In this document: positions 1 to 13,775 of the stretch, piece by piece
How positions within the stretch are numbered: position 1 is the first letter of the stretch
Layout of the letters: each line of letters opens with the position of its first letter
Origin: Octopus sinensis
Taxonomy: Eukaryota
Direction: 5' to 3'
Length of the DNA stretch: 64,000 bases
Assembly: GCF_006345805.1 (NCBI RefSeq)
Contig: NC_043009.1
Location: forward strand, 24,490,001 to 24,554,000
Made by a program: the position numbers and the translations under genes
The notes under the pieces: generated by a model
What the model was told of the DNA's origin: nothing
Databases searched by the model: none
What the model saw: only the letters and a program-made list of their open reading frames with translations

Positions 1-2983
1 CTGCATCTCGGGCAAGTCGGCCCCGTGTTTCTCGAGCAATGCCTATATAGCTTAAACCGAACGGGTAGCGCTTCTCGGTAGCACTGCCAGGCCAAGGATC
101 TCTGGAAGTTGTCCATAAGTCCAGGCCCGAACATCGTCTCAAACAGGTGGGTCAGGTATTCCTCGTCGGCGCCCGGGTTTGCCCCGAGATCGTCGTCATA
201 CCTCCCCTCCATTAATCCCCCTTAGAATGCTTGGGTTGTGTTGAAGTCACTCAAGGTCGACCCGGGACGGCATAGTTGCTTGAGAGCAACGCGATACTCG
301 CGGTGCCATTCGTCCTTCCTCGGCCTCTTTTTGATCCATGACTGCAGTTCTGTCAAGGAGACGAGCTGCGGGAACGCGTGCCTCACAAACGGCGACCACA
401 CCAGTTCACCGTCGTCTACATAGAGCCGGAGATGTCGCAGTCTCAGCGCGTGTCTGCGCATCATCAACCATGGCATGCCCAGCCCTCCTTTTAACAGGTG
501 TTGACAGCAAATGGATCGCCTGACCATCGGGACGCATCCTTTCCACAAGAAGCGGAAGAGAATGCGTTCTAGTTTGGTCGGGACAAGTTACGACGGTCAG
601 GCGGTAGTAGATGATGGACGCGATGTACGTGTTCGCCACCTCCGCCCGACCTTTTAGGGACAGTTTCCTCTCGGCCCATTGCCGGGCGAGAGTGATCACC
701 CTACTCGTTATCTCGTTCCAGTTCTTCTCCATTTGGAGGTCCGGACCGAACCAGACCCCGAGCAACTCAACCGGGCTGTCCATCCAGCGTCCCACGACAG
801 AGGTGCTGGTGGACGGCATGGGCTTGCTTCTCCAGGTGCCTAGTCGCAAGTCCACTGACTTTTCTCGGTTGATTTTCTCTCCTGTCACCGCTTCGTAGTC
901 TTTCAGTGTCTGGCCGACCAACTCGATGTGCTCGTGGCTAGACACTATGACGGTGACGTCGTCCGCGTATGCAGACACACTCGTCCTGTATCCCAATTCT
1001 CGCGGGATGCCCCTCAGAGTCGCCAGCTTCCGCAGTAGTGGCTCGAGAGTCAATACGTATAGAAGCGACGAGAGGGGGCATCCCTGACGGACCGAACGTG
1101 CAATGTCGAAAGGTCTCGATAGATGTCCATTTACGCGAATTACCGAACGGATACCTCTGTACAAGGCAGCTATCCAGCCGCAGAAGACGGGACCGAAACC
1201 AGCCGCTCTCAGGACTGCCTACCCTATCGAAAATTTCGATTGATCCAAATTGATCAGGGCCCCACCCATGCCAGGTTCCTACCCTGTCTATGATGCAGCG
1301 CATCAGATGGAGGTTGCCATGGATACTCCGGCCCGGCATGGCGCACGTTTGCGCCTTGTCGACCAGTTTCTCGATGACAAGCACCAACCTCTTGGCTAAC
1401 ACCTTGGTCAAAATTTTCAGATCTGCATTGAGCAGGGTGATTGGCCTAAAGTTATCTATAATGTCCCCCTTGTTTGGATCTTTCTTCAGCAGCGTTACGG
1501 ATCCTCGACTCACAAAACCGGATATACTCCCGTTTTGCTGCCAGTTGTAGTATACCGCTGCCAAGACGTCTCCAAACAAGTCTGGCATACAATTGTAAAA
1601 CTCGTAGGGCAGACCATCCAAACCCGACGATTTGTCTCTCGAGCATTCTGCCATTGCGTCCCGCACATCCACCGCCGTGATGGCACCTTCGCAGCACTGT
1701 GCCTCTCTTGCCGAGAGTTGTGGCAGGCTGTGCAGGTAGGCACTGAAGTCCACCCTGCGTTCACGCTCGCCATTCATCCCGTACAGTCGGGAAAAGTGCC
1801 GCTGAAATGCCTAGCACATCTTGCTGGGATCGAGCAATTCGCGTCCTTGTTCGTCTACCAGATACCGAATGGTGGCTTTGTTGCCCTGCTGCGCCTCCGC
1901 CATCCGGGCCTCTCTCGCGGCTCCAACACCTTCCATCCTTAGAGCACGCATCCTAGCCCTGACAGCACACTCTTCGTGTTTGGCGTTGAAGTGTTGGTCG
2001 AGGGCCAACCTCGCCGCTAAAACGTCGGATGTGAAGCCACTTCTAACTTCTTAACTAATTCACCCTCTACTCTATTTCTATCTACGGCTAGTGCCTTGCT
2101 ATATCTAATAGCTTCCGCTTTTACTGCTCTCTTGAGGGCGAACCACCATCTGTTGTTGACGATGGCTCCCGTTAAAGCCCTCATTACTAACGTGTTGATT
2201 CTGTTTCTGAAAACCTGTTTGGACGAGAAAGATGCGTTTAGTTTCCAGTAACCGGGACCCTGTCTATGTGCCTCGAGAGTCAATACGTATAGAAGTGAAT
2301 TTGTGATCCGTGTAGCTAACTGTGTGGAATTGTGGACATCCTAAATTATCCTTGTCTACTGTCCTACACAGTATCCTATCCAGATACGATCTCGACGACC
2401 CACTGCCGTTGCTCCATGTCCACGTTGGTTCATTCGGGTGGTCGAGTCGGTACCTTTCAGAAAGTTGGAATCGTCTGAGCAGGTCTCTAAGGCATTTGCA
2501 TCCCCTTCTGTTTTTGTCTCTCCCCACATAGTCTAGATGCGTGTCCAAAGTAGCATTCCAATACCCCACTAAAAGTAAAGGATGAGACGTTCCCAGGAAT
2601 ACTTCTAGACGTCGAAAGAAATCCGGCCGACCTGTTAAAGGCGGTGCGTAGACTGATACGATTCGAAAAGCGCACCCATTGCTGCCGTCGACATCCAGGA
2701 CTACCAGTATACCCTCCAGGTCTACGAATATCGTCTTGACTTCGAGATCCAGGCTTTTGTGAAAAAGTACCGCGGTGCCACTACCGCCCATCCTCGCCAG
2801 ACAGGGAGAAAAATAAATGTTAAACTGTCCGCCAAACATGGACTTTAGGGCCCGTGGCTCGTGGAGCCTGGTCTCACTTACGGCTATGATTCCCAAATCG
2901 TGTGACTTGATGTCATTTAGGAGGTACTCTTGTTTCCAAGGAGACCCCAAGCCACGCGCATTCACACAACCAATCTTGACCAT
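1..2983 (-). pseudogene. ORF2 (APE endonuclease + reverse transcriptase), frameshifted
   Basis: 2264-2983 MVKIGCVNARGL...SETR...SVYAP...TWTW..SYLDRI..YTDH; 2017-2283 GPGYWKLN; 938-1777 SSGLDGLPYEFY/FRPITLLN; 406-1164 QGCPLS/YADD. Split over several frames. Confidence 0.93.
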
Positions 2984-2989
2984 GATCCT

Positions 2990-5101
2990 ATTGAGGTATG
3001 TGCTTTAAAACACAAAAGGGAAAGTACAGAGAGTTACTTACCTGTGTCGAAAGTTTTGGCTTCTTCGTCCTTTGGTGTATCTGGGAGGAGGTTTTTATAG
3101 AGTTTTTTTGAAAGATACTTTTGGAACCCTCCAACCACATTTGGAAAGAGGGCTTTGAGTGTGTGGTGTTGTGTTTGCGTGATGTGGAGTATTTTGATGT
3201 GTTCTGGTGGTGTAGTGCGTGGATGGTTGTTAGTTTTGAAGTCATCTTCACAGATGTTTGTGTGGGCTGTGATGTACTTCATTAGTTTTGAGTCTTTGGT
3301 GTCTATCGCTGTGTGTATTTTTCTAGTGTTGGTGCTGGTTTGGTTGTGTGAGGAGCTTTCAGGATTCAGATATCTCCCTGCTTTAGTTGCATTTTCTTGT
3401 TTGTTTTTTTAAAATCTTATTCCTTTACCTCCGGTGGCTATTTGCCACTCTGTTGAACTTTTGTCGCTAGACGAAAAGTCTGACGAATCGGAAGGGGGTA
3501 AAGGCAAAGTGTTTGGATCTATATGTGTGTTTGTAGGTGTTGTTGTTTTGTGTGGTGTTTGTGCTGTGGGGGTATTAGGGGCAGAATTTGTCTTTTCATC
3601 ATTGTTTTTTGTTTTCTTGGTTGTTGTTCTTGGTGCTGGTGTTGGTGTTGATGTGTATTTTGATGTTGGTGGTGATGTTTCTTTTGTTGGTTGCGATGTC
3701 GAAGGTAATTCTCTTCTTGGTGATGTGGTTGGTGAGGGGGAAACCGTTTTTGTATCGTTAGCTGCTTTTCCTGTCTTTTGAGTTGAAGGTGGTGTGGGTA
3801 GCAGGGGTTTCCTTCCAGGTTTTGGGAGTGGTTGCTGTTGCTGTTGCCTATTTCTGACAGCAGTTGGGCACTCATATCTAAGATGTGCCTCACTGTTGCA
3901 TAAATAGCATCTTGGCCTCCTGCCCTCCACCACTACATAGAATTTTTGATCTTTTGCCAGTTGAACACTGGTTGGTAAATTGTTTATTGCTTCTTGGGAG
4001 ATTTGAAGCAATATTTCGAGTTTTTTTTACCAGTCCAGCTTTCCTCTGGAATGTCAGCTATTTCTAAAATATCTGCTTCTTCTATATCGGAGCAGATGGC
4101 CGATACCAGCCACTTGTTTATTGTAACTTTCGTTACTCTGCTCCCAAGGTAGCTAGGTACCGTTGTTACCTGGTCTGTGAGCAGAGTAAGCGTTGAAAAC
4201 GTTTTTGCTAGTTCTTCCGTATGGAAGCGAACTTGCACGGTAGCAAATTTACTTCCCCAATTCACATCATTTTGGAATTTCCACACGGAAGAGAGGCACT
4301 TTTCAATTTTTTCTGTAGGTGGTCTTTCTGGTCTTTTTGTTTTGGTGTTGAGTATTCTGTAAATGATGGTCTTCTTTTGTGTTTCTTCTATGATGTTCCG
4401 TGGAATATTTAAATGCATTGTGAGCAAGGATTTCGTGTCTTGTATTTCTTGGTGAGTAAATTTTAGGATTCTTCTTTTCGGTCGTATGGCTTCCGCGAAA
4501 TTGTTTTTTGTGGAGGTGGTGGTGGTGGTGGTGGTGGTGGTGGTGGTGGTATGTTTGTGGCAGAGTCGTTCGTAGTAGCAGTAGATAACTGTGAAGTCGG
4601 GTTGTTTACCAGTTTTTGAGTGGAGGTCGCGATGTTAGCGTTCATGCTCACATTTGTGTTCGTGTTGTTTTCCCCCAATTCCCCTCCTTTATGAAATTGT
4701 GATGAAAGCAGTATGGGGAAACCAACGTCGTAAGCGTTGTCAAGGAGGGTGTCGGTGTTGATGGTGGAATCATTGGTTGCGGTGACGTGGATTGGCCTTG
4801 CGACCTTGGTTGTGTTGTTGTTGTTGTTAGTGGTATCGTTAGCAGAGGAAGCAGTTGTAGTAGCAGAAGCTGCTATGGTGGTGGTGTCGGTGTTGATGGT
4901 GGATTCATTGGTGGCGGTGACGGTGGACGGCCTGGTTTTGTAGTCGTTGCTGTTGTTGATGCTGATGGTGATGATGGTGGTGGTGGTGGTGTTAGTGGCG
5001 TTCGAACTGTCAGGTTCAGCATTTGGTTGCAAGGAATCTTGCTCTTTTGTTTGGCCGTCACGCTTGACTTGCGCTTTGGCCTCGTGGTGACTAGTAGCCA
5101 T
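2990..5101 (-). pseudogene. ORF1 (gag-like nucleic-acid-binding protein), broken into several ORFs
   Basis: CX2CX4HX4C knuckle CYLCNSEAHLRYEC in 3409-4011; RRM-like segment in 3984-4427; Thr/Asn/Pro-rich N-terminal ORF 4463-5101; lies directly upstream of ORF2. Confidence 0.75.
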
Positions 5102-5316
5102 TTTTGAAAATAAAAATGGCTAAAATAAAACCACGAAGCCTTTGAGAATTTTTTAAAATTTTGCCCACAAAGGGCGAACAACTTTTGTGTGGATGTTAAT
5201 GAAAGTATGTGTTGGGTGTTGTTGTACACCTTTTAGACGTAAAATGTTTGACAACAACAATTTTAAACGTAGAAAACTACCAACTTACTTGGAGCCCATT
5301 TGACTTGCGTCAGTCC

Positions 5317-5334
5317 GATAGATAGATAAAATAA

Positions 5335-5409
<75 letters not shown>

Positions 5410-5851
5410 TATAGAAAGATAGGTAGATAGACAGACAGACAGATTGATGGATCGATGGTTAGTTAGATAGATAGACAGACACACAGACAAACAGACAAAC
5501 AGACAGACAGATAGATAGATATGTTTCTTTATTAGCCACACAGGACTGAACACAGACAGGACAAAATTACAAGGTAGAGCTTTTCTTTTGGGGGTAAAAG
5601 AAGGGGGTTTGGTTTTCGATCAAAAGGGATCGTAAATGGAAAGAAAGAGGACAAAAAAGTGGGGGGGATAAAATAAAATTTTTTTAAAAAATTGATAGAT
5701 AGATAGATAGACAGACAGATAAGCAGACAGATAGATAGATAGACAGATAGACAGGCTGATCGATAACTAGATAGATAGGTAGATAGACAGACAAACAGAT
5801 TGATGGATAGATGGTTAGTTAGATAGATAGACAGGCACACAGGCAAACAGG

Positions 5852-5886
<35 letters not shown>

Positions 5887-5898
5887 ATAGATAGATAT

Positions 5899-5983
<85 letters not shown>

Positions 5984-6017
5984 TAGACAGACGGACAGAC
6001 AGACAGATAGATAGATA
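5317..6017. repeat. Compound (GATA)n/(GACA)n microsatellite interrupted at 5524-5692
   Basis: Read directly from the sequence. Confidence 0.97.
5524..5692 (-). mobile_element. Short 3'-terminal LINE remnant, possibly Tx1-type
   Basis: Minus strand ends ...GTCCTGTGTGGCTAATAAAGAAA followed by (TATC)n; pyrimidine-rich UTR-like body. Confidence 0.5.
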
Positions 6018-6637
6018 GCTTTTAACACAAAAAGGGTTCTCCTTAGGAACACGGGACCCAAATTGTATTACAGTTCGATTGTATATGAACTGGTCGACCA
6101 TCAGTTTATCCAATCGCCGTTAGAACAATAAAAGAATAATTTTTAAAAAATTATATATATGTATATAATAATACATATAAATACATATAAATATAATTAT
6201 AAAATATAACAAAATATCAACCGTAGTCTCTGCAGCAGCAGGAACAGCAACTTCTACAGCAGCAACAACTTCTACAGCAGCAACAACATCTGCAGCAGAA
6301 ACAATTTCAGCAGCAGCAGCAGCATATTAAACGAAATGTTTAACTGACGAAAAGTATATTGTTTTTCCTTGTTTGTTCTTTGTTATGTTTTTCCCCCCTT
6401 TCTTTTGATGTTGTTTTCAGGGTGGGGATTATGTGAATGCGGGTGAGTTCGGGTATGCGTGTTGAAGTTTGATGTTTGATTTTACTCGTGTTGTTGTTGT
6501 TGTTATTTATGTATTACATTTTGTTTTTGATTTTGAGTTGTTTTATTTATATTTTATGATTTATTATTTATATTTTATATTTTATATTTTAATTTTTTAA
6601 TAATTTTTTATATTTACTTTTTTCTGTTTATATTTCC

Positions 6638-6657
6638 ATTATCATTATTATTATTAC

Positions 6658-6713
<56 letters not shown>

Positions 6714-6730
6714 TATTATTATTATTATTA

Positions 6731-6776
<46 letters not shown>

Positions 6777-6792
6777 TCTTATTATTATTATT
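6638..6792. repeat. (ATT)n microsatellite
   Basis: Read directly from the sequence. Confidence 0.97.
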
Positions 6793-6924
6793 CCAGTACG
6801 TTTTCATTATGCGCCCCTTTTATCATATTCCGAAATCTTGACTGTTGAATTATTTTCCAATCAATGAAAGATTTATTGTTTTTATTACGAGACTATATAA
6901 GTTACTCCTTTCCCTTTCCGACCA

Positions 6925-7044
6925 GGACCATCAACAACAACAATATCAACAACTGCACTACAACTACCAACATATTCAACACCGCTTCGATCACCATCTG
7001 CATTACATCCACCACCACCACCACCACTAATACTACTGTTGCTG

Positions 7045-7095
<51 letters not shown>

Positions 7096-7740
7096 GCATT
7101 ATTACCACCAATATTATTACCGCCTCTACTACTACCACCAACACACCACCATATTCACTATTACTACATCTGCAACAACAACAATAAAAACATCACAAAC
7201 AACATCTTCACCACCACCTCCACCGCTTTTGCCGCCTCCATCACATCACAATCATTATCTCTCCCACGATCGTCACCACCCCTCTACGAGAATGCCACTC
7301 ACCATTCTTACTGTTACTTTGTCAGCAGCAACAACGATAAAAATAACACCATTACAACTACTAGTACCATCTTCACCATCACCTCGACCAGCATGATTAT
7401 AACTCACACAATCAGGATGTAGCCATGTGTAGCAACAACAAGACCCTGCTTTTCTACTATCTTCACCGCCACCGACTTTACTCTCACATTTCACTACTTT
7501 CAGCACTGACACTACATTCTCATCAACACCGACTACGCTACAACCACATCACCGATATAACCCCAGCTACTAACCCATCGAATATTACATCGTTACTAAT
7601 ATCAGAATAGGACTACAACTTCAACTAATAGCGCCACCAACACCATTATCATCACCACTACACAGCAATATTTACCATCACCAATACTAGTCGCACCAAC
7701 AACACCACTAAGTACCGACACATACCACTATTACCACCTG
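6925..7740. repeat. Degenerate (CAC/CAA/CTA)n trinucleotide low-complexity tract
   Basis: Read directly; source of the poly-T/V/L ORFs. Confidence 0.85.
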
Positions 7741-8237
7741 TTAGATATAATAACCGTATTCTGAGAACAACAATGTAGTTCAAGATGGTCACGCCGTATA
7801 ATACTAGATGGATTCTCAAGACTTAAACGCTTTTGGTTCCAAGTCTGTCTATATCAGCGATGGCCAAGGGCTAAACAATAACAACAACAATAGCAACAAC
7901 ATTTCAATAACTACTCCTCCCCTGCAAACCACACACACAATGTCAATTGTCATGCACAAAAATCACCATTAAGGCCAATAACTTTAACGAAGTTATTATG
8001 GTAGAACATTCTCGAAACAAGTCCCAACAACAACACAAAATCCAATACCAAAGCCATCACCAACGACAACTCCACAAATACTAAAATACCATCTCCACCG
8101 CCACCACCACCACCACCACCACCACTACCAGGAACAAACAACTGCATGATCCACACGGACAAGCGGTAACGTAATGGTAGTTTGTGTTGCTCGGAGCAAT
8201 CCTCTACTTAAATTGCCTTCCTACGTATGGCATATCA

Positions 8238-8788
8238 TCTCTTATATAAAATTCGTTCTATCTGTCTGTCTGTGTGTGTGTCTTCTCGGATCTGGGGTAT
8301 CCTCAATCCGATTGCTCTCAAATTTGATATGTAGATACCGACGGTATCAGGGCGTGTATAAGTCTTGAAAAAATTACAAAAATCGATTCCAGGTGAGAAT
8401 GCGATCGATAAAGCCGTTTTTGTCCTGCTTTTCTTCCGTCAACCTGTACATAACTGCACCTTCCATTTTTGTTGTTTTTGTCCTGCTTAAAGGCACATTT
8501 CTTTCCTGTTTAAACCATGTTTGTTCTCCCAGTCAACAGCCTTATCGCTACTGGTACTTTAAACTCTTCGGTTGCATATTTGTGTGAATAAAATCGTTTT
8601 TCTTTGGAATAGAAAAAAGTCTATCTTTATTTCTTCTTTTGCTGGTGTCTCAAATTTAGGTTACATCAGTATTTCTCAAAGGAGAGGCCTATGGGACGGT
8701 CGGACCAGTTGTTTTGAGAAAATTTGGTTTAAATGTTTGACAACTCAGCACCGTCCATTGGACGGGGGTGGGGGGCCTTTTGCTCTCG
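8238..8788 (+). mobile_element. Non-autonomous Helitron
   Basis: A|TC 5' end (TCTCTTATATAAAA), (TCTG)/(TG) tract, subterminal hairpin CCGTCC-ATT-GGACGG, 3' end CTCG|T (variant of CTRR), inserted in an AT site. Confidence 0.65.
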
Positions 8789-9132
8789 TAATACATATAT
8801 TCATACTATTTTACGTAGGTGTGATCTGTTTGCCTAACCACGCTTATACCGAGGTTAGTGTCACCGCAAAGAAATCAGCACCGGCTACGATTTTCTCATC
8901 GCCACCTTAGCACTCCGAAGTTATTGCCCTCGGATGAGCAACTGACCGCTAACAGCCGGAAAGAGCCTCTAAGTGGAGGCTTTGAATGCAATCAGTGGAA
9001 CGCTAGAAGCTCACCTTCTGATCATACACTGCTATTTTAAACAAGAAGAGGGCACACATTTGACATGTGGGTGTATGTGTGTGTGCATACATATACACAT
9101 ACTTACACACTCGCACGTACACACACGTATAT

Positions 9133-9176
<44 letters not shown>

Positions 9177-9231
9177 GTGTGTGTGTGTGTGTGGTGTGTG
9201 TGTGTGTGTGTATGTGTGTGTGTGTGTATAA

Positions 9232-9262
<31 letters not shown>

Positions 9263-9601
9263 ATAAATATGAGTGTGAGTGTGTATATATATATATAATA
9301 TATATAATTATTAATTTAATATATAAATTGCTTATAATTTTTATTACATGTTGATTAGCTGATAATAAAATCATTAACGTGATTTTATATTTATTCTATG
9401 AAAATATATATGCGTGTTTGTGTGTGTGTCTATATACATGTATGTGCATTTTTTCAATGTGTACAAGCAACACTGAAAAAATAAATAAATAGTTACCGGG
9501 GAAGTAAAAAATTCACATAAGTACCAAGGAAGTTATAGCCTATTTATAAAGGTAGAAATTCCAGGGTTTAGTGAAATGCTTTGGCACAACAGATAAATAA
9601 T

Positions 9602-9958
9602 GAAATGGAGTTAAACGCCAGTGTCATTCAAATCTTTATACTTCCGATAAATGTTTCGAAGAAAACATTCCAGAGGGAAAGAATTGATGTAAAACAATGC
9701 GATATTCTCATCAGGGAACAAAAATCTATCAAGGGTATTTTTAAAAAATAACTTGCCAGCGTTCCCTTCATCATATACGCAGTCATCACATCCGGTTAAA
9801 ATGGCTTATTGATGTGTGTAGTATCTCTTTCTTGCCCTGATGAGAAGATCGCATTGTTTTACATCATTTTGTTCCTTCTGGAATAATACCAATGTTTTCT
9901 TCGAAATATATGTCGCAAGTATAAGGATTTCAATAACACCTGCGTTTAACTCCATTTC
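9602..9958. repeat. Inverted pair of Penelope-type terminal repeats, each with a hammerhead-like motif
   Basis: 9602-9718 is a diverged reverse complement of 9831-9958; both carry CTGATGA...GAAA..NTC. Confidence 0.75.
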
Positions 9959-9959
9959 T

Positions 9960-10013
<54 letters not shown>

Positions 10014-10128
10014 GCTATCTATCTATCTATCTATCTGTCTGTCTGTTTGTCTTTCTATCTATCAATCTATTTATCAATCTCTCTCTCTCTCTCTCTCTCA
10101 CTATATATATTTACATACATACATACAT

Positions 10129-10197
<69 letters not shown>

Positions 10198-10398
10198 ATA
10201 TATGTATGTATATATGTATGTATGTATGTATGTATCTATGTATGTATAAATATATCTGAAAATCCTTTGCGTGGTCATGCTTAGAATATTGTTTTTTCTG
10301 TTCAGTTGAGGTCGGCCTGAATCAGAAATGATCAAGGACAAAATCACTAAAAGAACAAACTGCAGTACCAATATGAATGAGTACAACTATTAAGAATA

Positions 10399-10685
10399 GT
10401 GGAGGTGCAATGGCCCATTGGTTAGCGCAGCAGACTCGCGGTTTCGGCCGGGCGTTGTGAGTGTTTATTGAGCGAAAACACCTAAAGTTCCACGAGACTC
10501 CTGCAGGAGATAGTAACGAACCTTACTGTATGTATATGTATAAGCCAAAAGTCGACCTCGGTCGACTTTGCATTTCGTCCAACCAGGGTCAGTAAAGCAA
10601 GTACGATGCTGAGCGGTGGGGTTGATGTAATCGACTTAATTCCTTCGTTGAAATTACTGCTATTGTTCCAAATTTTGAAGCCAAA
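10399..10685 (+). mobile_element. tRNA(Arg)-like-headed SINE fragment followed by a second degenerate SINE core
   Basis: A-box TGGCCCATTGG, anticodon-like GACTCGCG; downstream GTCGACTTTGC..GATGTAATCGAC core seen in other SINEs in the window. Confidence 0.6.
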
Positions 10686-10799
10686 ATGTAGTCAATATTT
10701 ACAAGAACAAACATCATTGTATCTCCGCACACATAATCACTCACAAATGCATACAAAGAATAGAAACCAGTCACCATATGCTTGCAAACTTATCATCAT

Positions 10800-11351
10800 A
10801 GATAGAAGCGTCTATTGCATAGACACATATAAATATGCATATACGTATATGGATATAGCACCACGCAGTTTATAGAAAAACGCATGTGCATGTATATATC
10901 AAATTCACTATTACGTGTGCACACACGCACACATATAAAGATACATGTGCATATAGATACAAAAACAGGCAGGAACGTGCACAAAGAGGCACACGCAGGC
11001 ATACACGTAGACAGATACAGATCTATGTATATACAGACTGACGAATACATGCATATAGAAGCGCTAATATACAGACATATTAATAGAGATACACACATAA
11101 CACACACATATACAAATATAGTAAGTAAAGGTAATATTCTGTAAAAATACGGATACACATACATACACAGACACATGCACACGAACACACACATATACAC
11201 ACACATGCTCACGTGCAAGCACACGAACACAAAGAGAAAACGTCTGCAAGCTGATATATAATCGCATACACCTTCGTACACCTATAAGCAAACACAATAC
11301 TATGAATTCGCACGCACACACACATACACACATTAACATACTCTTACAGAA

Positions 11352-11424
<73 letters not shown>

Positions 11425-11794
11425 ACGCACATACATACGAACACAGACACACACATACAGATATAAAAGCATTTGTATATATACACAGAAACGCACAGAT
11501 ACACACTCGTAACTGCACACATTTGCACAAATATACATATGCATATACATACATGCATACACACCCATACACACACATACGCACAAGCATATTCACATAC
11601 AAACAAACAAATACACACACAGAAATGCACAAACAGACATAAAGCGAAATAAACACACAAACATAAACAGCTAAAGGCGAATACTATACTACGAATACAC
11701 ACCCATAAACACACACACTCACACAAATACACACACGTACATACGCACATACATACACATACAGAGAACCACACTCGTACCCAAATACATACAC

Positions 11795-11834
<40 letters not shown>

Positions 11835-12192
11835 TTCCTGATTTTTGATTTATGACTCGTAAAAAATGGCGCTCTGTTTTTCTTGTATATTTGTTGTTTT
11901 TTATTGTATTATTGTTTTTATATAGTTCTTTTATGTTATCTTTTGTTTTTATTTTGCAATATTTACTGGGTATTTTTTTTTATTTCAGTGTGTGCTTATG
12001 AATGGGCTGTTGTTGTTATTGTTATTATTTTTGTATTCTATCAACGCTATAACGATATTTCTACTTTATTTGATAATATTTCTATTTTATTATTATTCTT
12101 GTTGTTGAGTGAAAGCGCATGCGTGTGTGTGTGTATGTGATATACTATGTATGGATGAAATATCGACTCTAAGCACACGTTTACGTGTCTGC

Positions 12193-12234
<42 letters not shown>

Positions 12235-12798
12235 GTTTATGTGTATGTATGTATGTATATATATATATATAGGTTTATGTGTATGTATGTGTATATATAT
12301 ATATATAACCAATACACACGTAAATAGATAAATACATAGTCATATATATGTACGATTATACACACACACATATGTATATATATGTATATATATATTGGCG
12401 TGTATACATATATGTATCGTGTGTATATACATTTATGTATCGTTTAGTATACCCGTATTGTTTGGTATAGTTGTATGTTAATACATATATAAGTGTATAA
12501 TTTTGTATCTATGCACGTGTGTGTGTGTGTGTGTGCATGACTGCCTGAGTGCGTGAATTAGTGTACGTGTGTATGTGCACGTGTGTATGTATGTATGTGT
12601 GTGTGTGTGAGTGCGCGCGTGTATATTATTTCATCTGATACCAGCGTTATAGCCGTGATATTCACCCGTCTGGTGTGGGTACGCTTTTTTAATTAATTTC
12701 TTCAATTGTCAGACTTTGAATGATGGAACGTTGACCATGCTACGAGGGGAAAAACAATATAAATCCGCTATTTTATGATGTACGCATGTGTGTGTGCC

Positions 12799-12849
<51 letters not shown>

Positions 12850-12859
12850 TTATTTATTT

Positions 12860-12894
<35 letters not shown>

Positions 12895-13118
12895 CATACG
12901 TATATATGTGTATATATATCCATATGCATGTACGTATGTATATGTATATTATATATATATATATAAATTTATATATACACACATGCGTGTGTGTGTCTGT
13001 GTGTATATATGGGTAAAATGTTTGTATATACTTATTACGCATGATTTTATTGTGGCACATGCATATATAAACATTCACAAATGTATACATGTATATACAT
13101 ACATATTTGTATATATAT

Positions 13119-13180
<62 letters not shown>
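10800..13180. repeat. Compound CA/TA/GA dinucleotide microsatellite region
   Basis: Read directly from the sequence. Confidence 0.9.
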
Positions 13181-13183
<3 letters not shown>

Positions 13184-13364
13184 TGGGAGAGAGATAAATA
13201 AGCGAGGAGAGAAAGAGAAAAAGAGAGATAAGGAGGGAGAGAGTGAAATGAAATCGGGAGATAGTGATACAGCCATATTAAAGAAGAAATTCAATTTTCG
13301 GGAATGGAAATGGTGATATTTGTGCAAAGAAAAAGACATAAAATGGAAGTGGAACCTTTATAGA

Positions 13365-13412
13365 AGATAACGATGATAACGATGAGCGGGATGAGAATGG
13401 TGATTATAGTGT

Positions 13413-13451
<39 letters not shown>

Positions 13452-13775
13452 GCAAGAGGAAATGGAGTTGGGGAGGAGAAGGATGACAATGATGATTATG
13501 ACGTTGGCGGTAGTGATGGCGGTGTTGGTGGTGTTGGTGGTGGTGTTGGTGGTGTTGGTGGTGGTGGTGGTGGTGATGATGGTGGTGGCGTTATTGCTGG
13601 TGCTGGTGGTAATCATGGCGCTGGTGATGATGATGACAATGATGATGATGCAGCTGCTGCTGCTGCTGCTATTGCAGACGATGATGAGGATGTGGACGAC
13701 GACAACGACGACGACGACAATGATGATGGTGATGATGATAGCGATGACAATGATGGCGATTATACCGGTGATGGC
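13365..13775. repeat. (GAT)/(GGT)/(GCT) trinucleotide low-complexity tract
   Basis: Read directly from the sequence. Confidence 0.9.

Larger units (their letters stand above)
1..5316 (-). mobile_element. Tx1/L1-clade non-LTR retrotransposon, disrupted, 3' end lies outside the window
   Basis: Minus-strand order is ORF1 pieces with a CCHC knuckle, then APE endonuclease, then RT (FRPITLLNAD, VRQGCPLS, AYADD, GGLGMP). The 5' end abuts (GATA)n at 5317. Confidence 0.93.
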
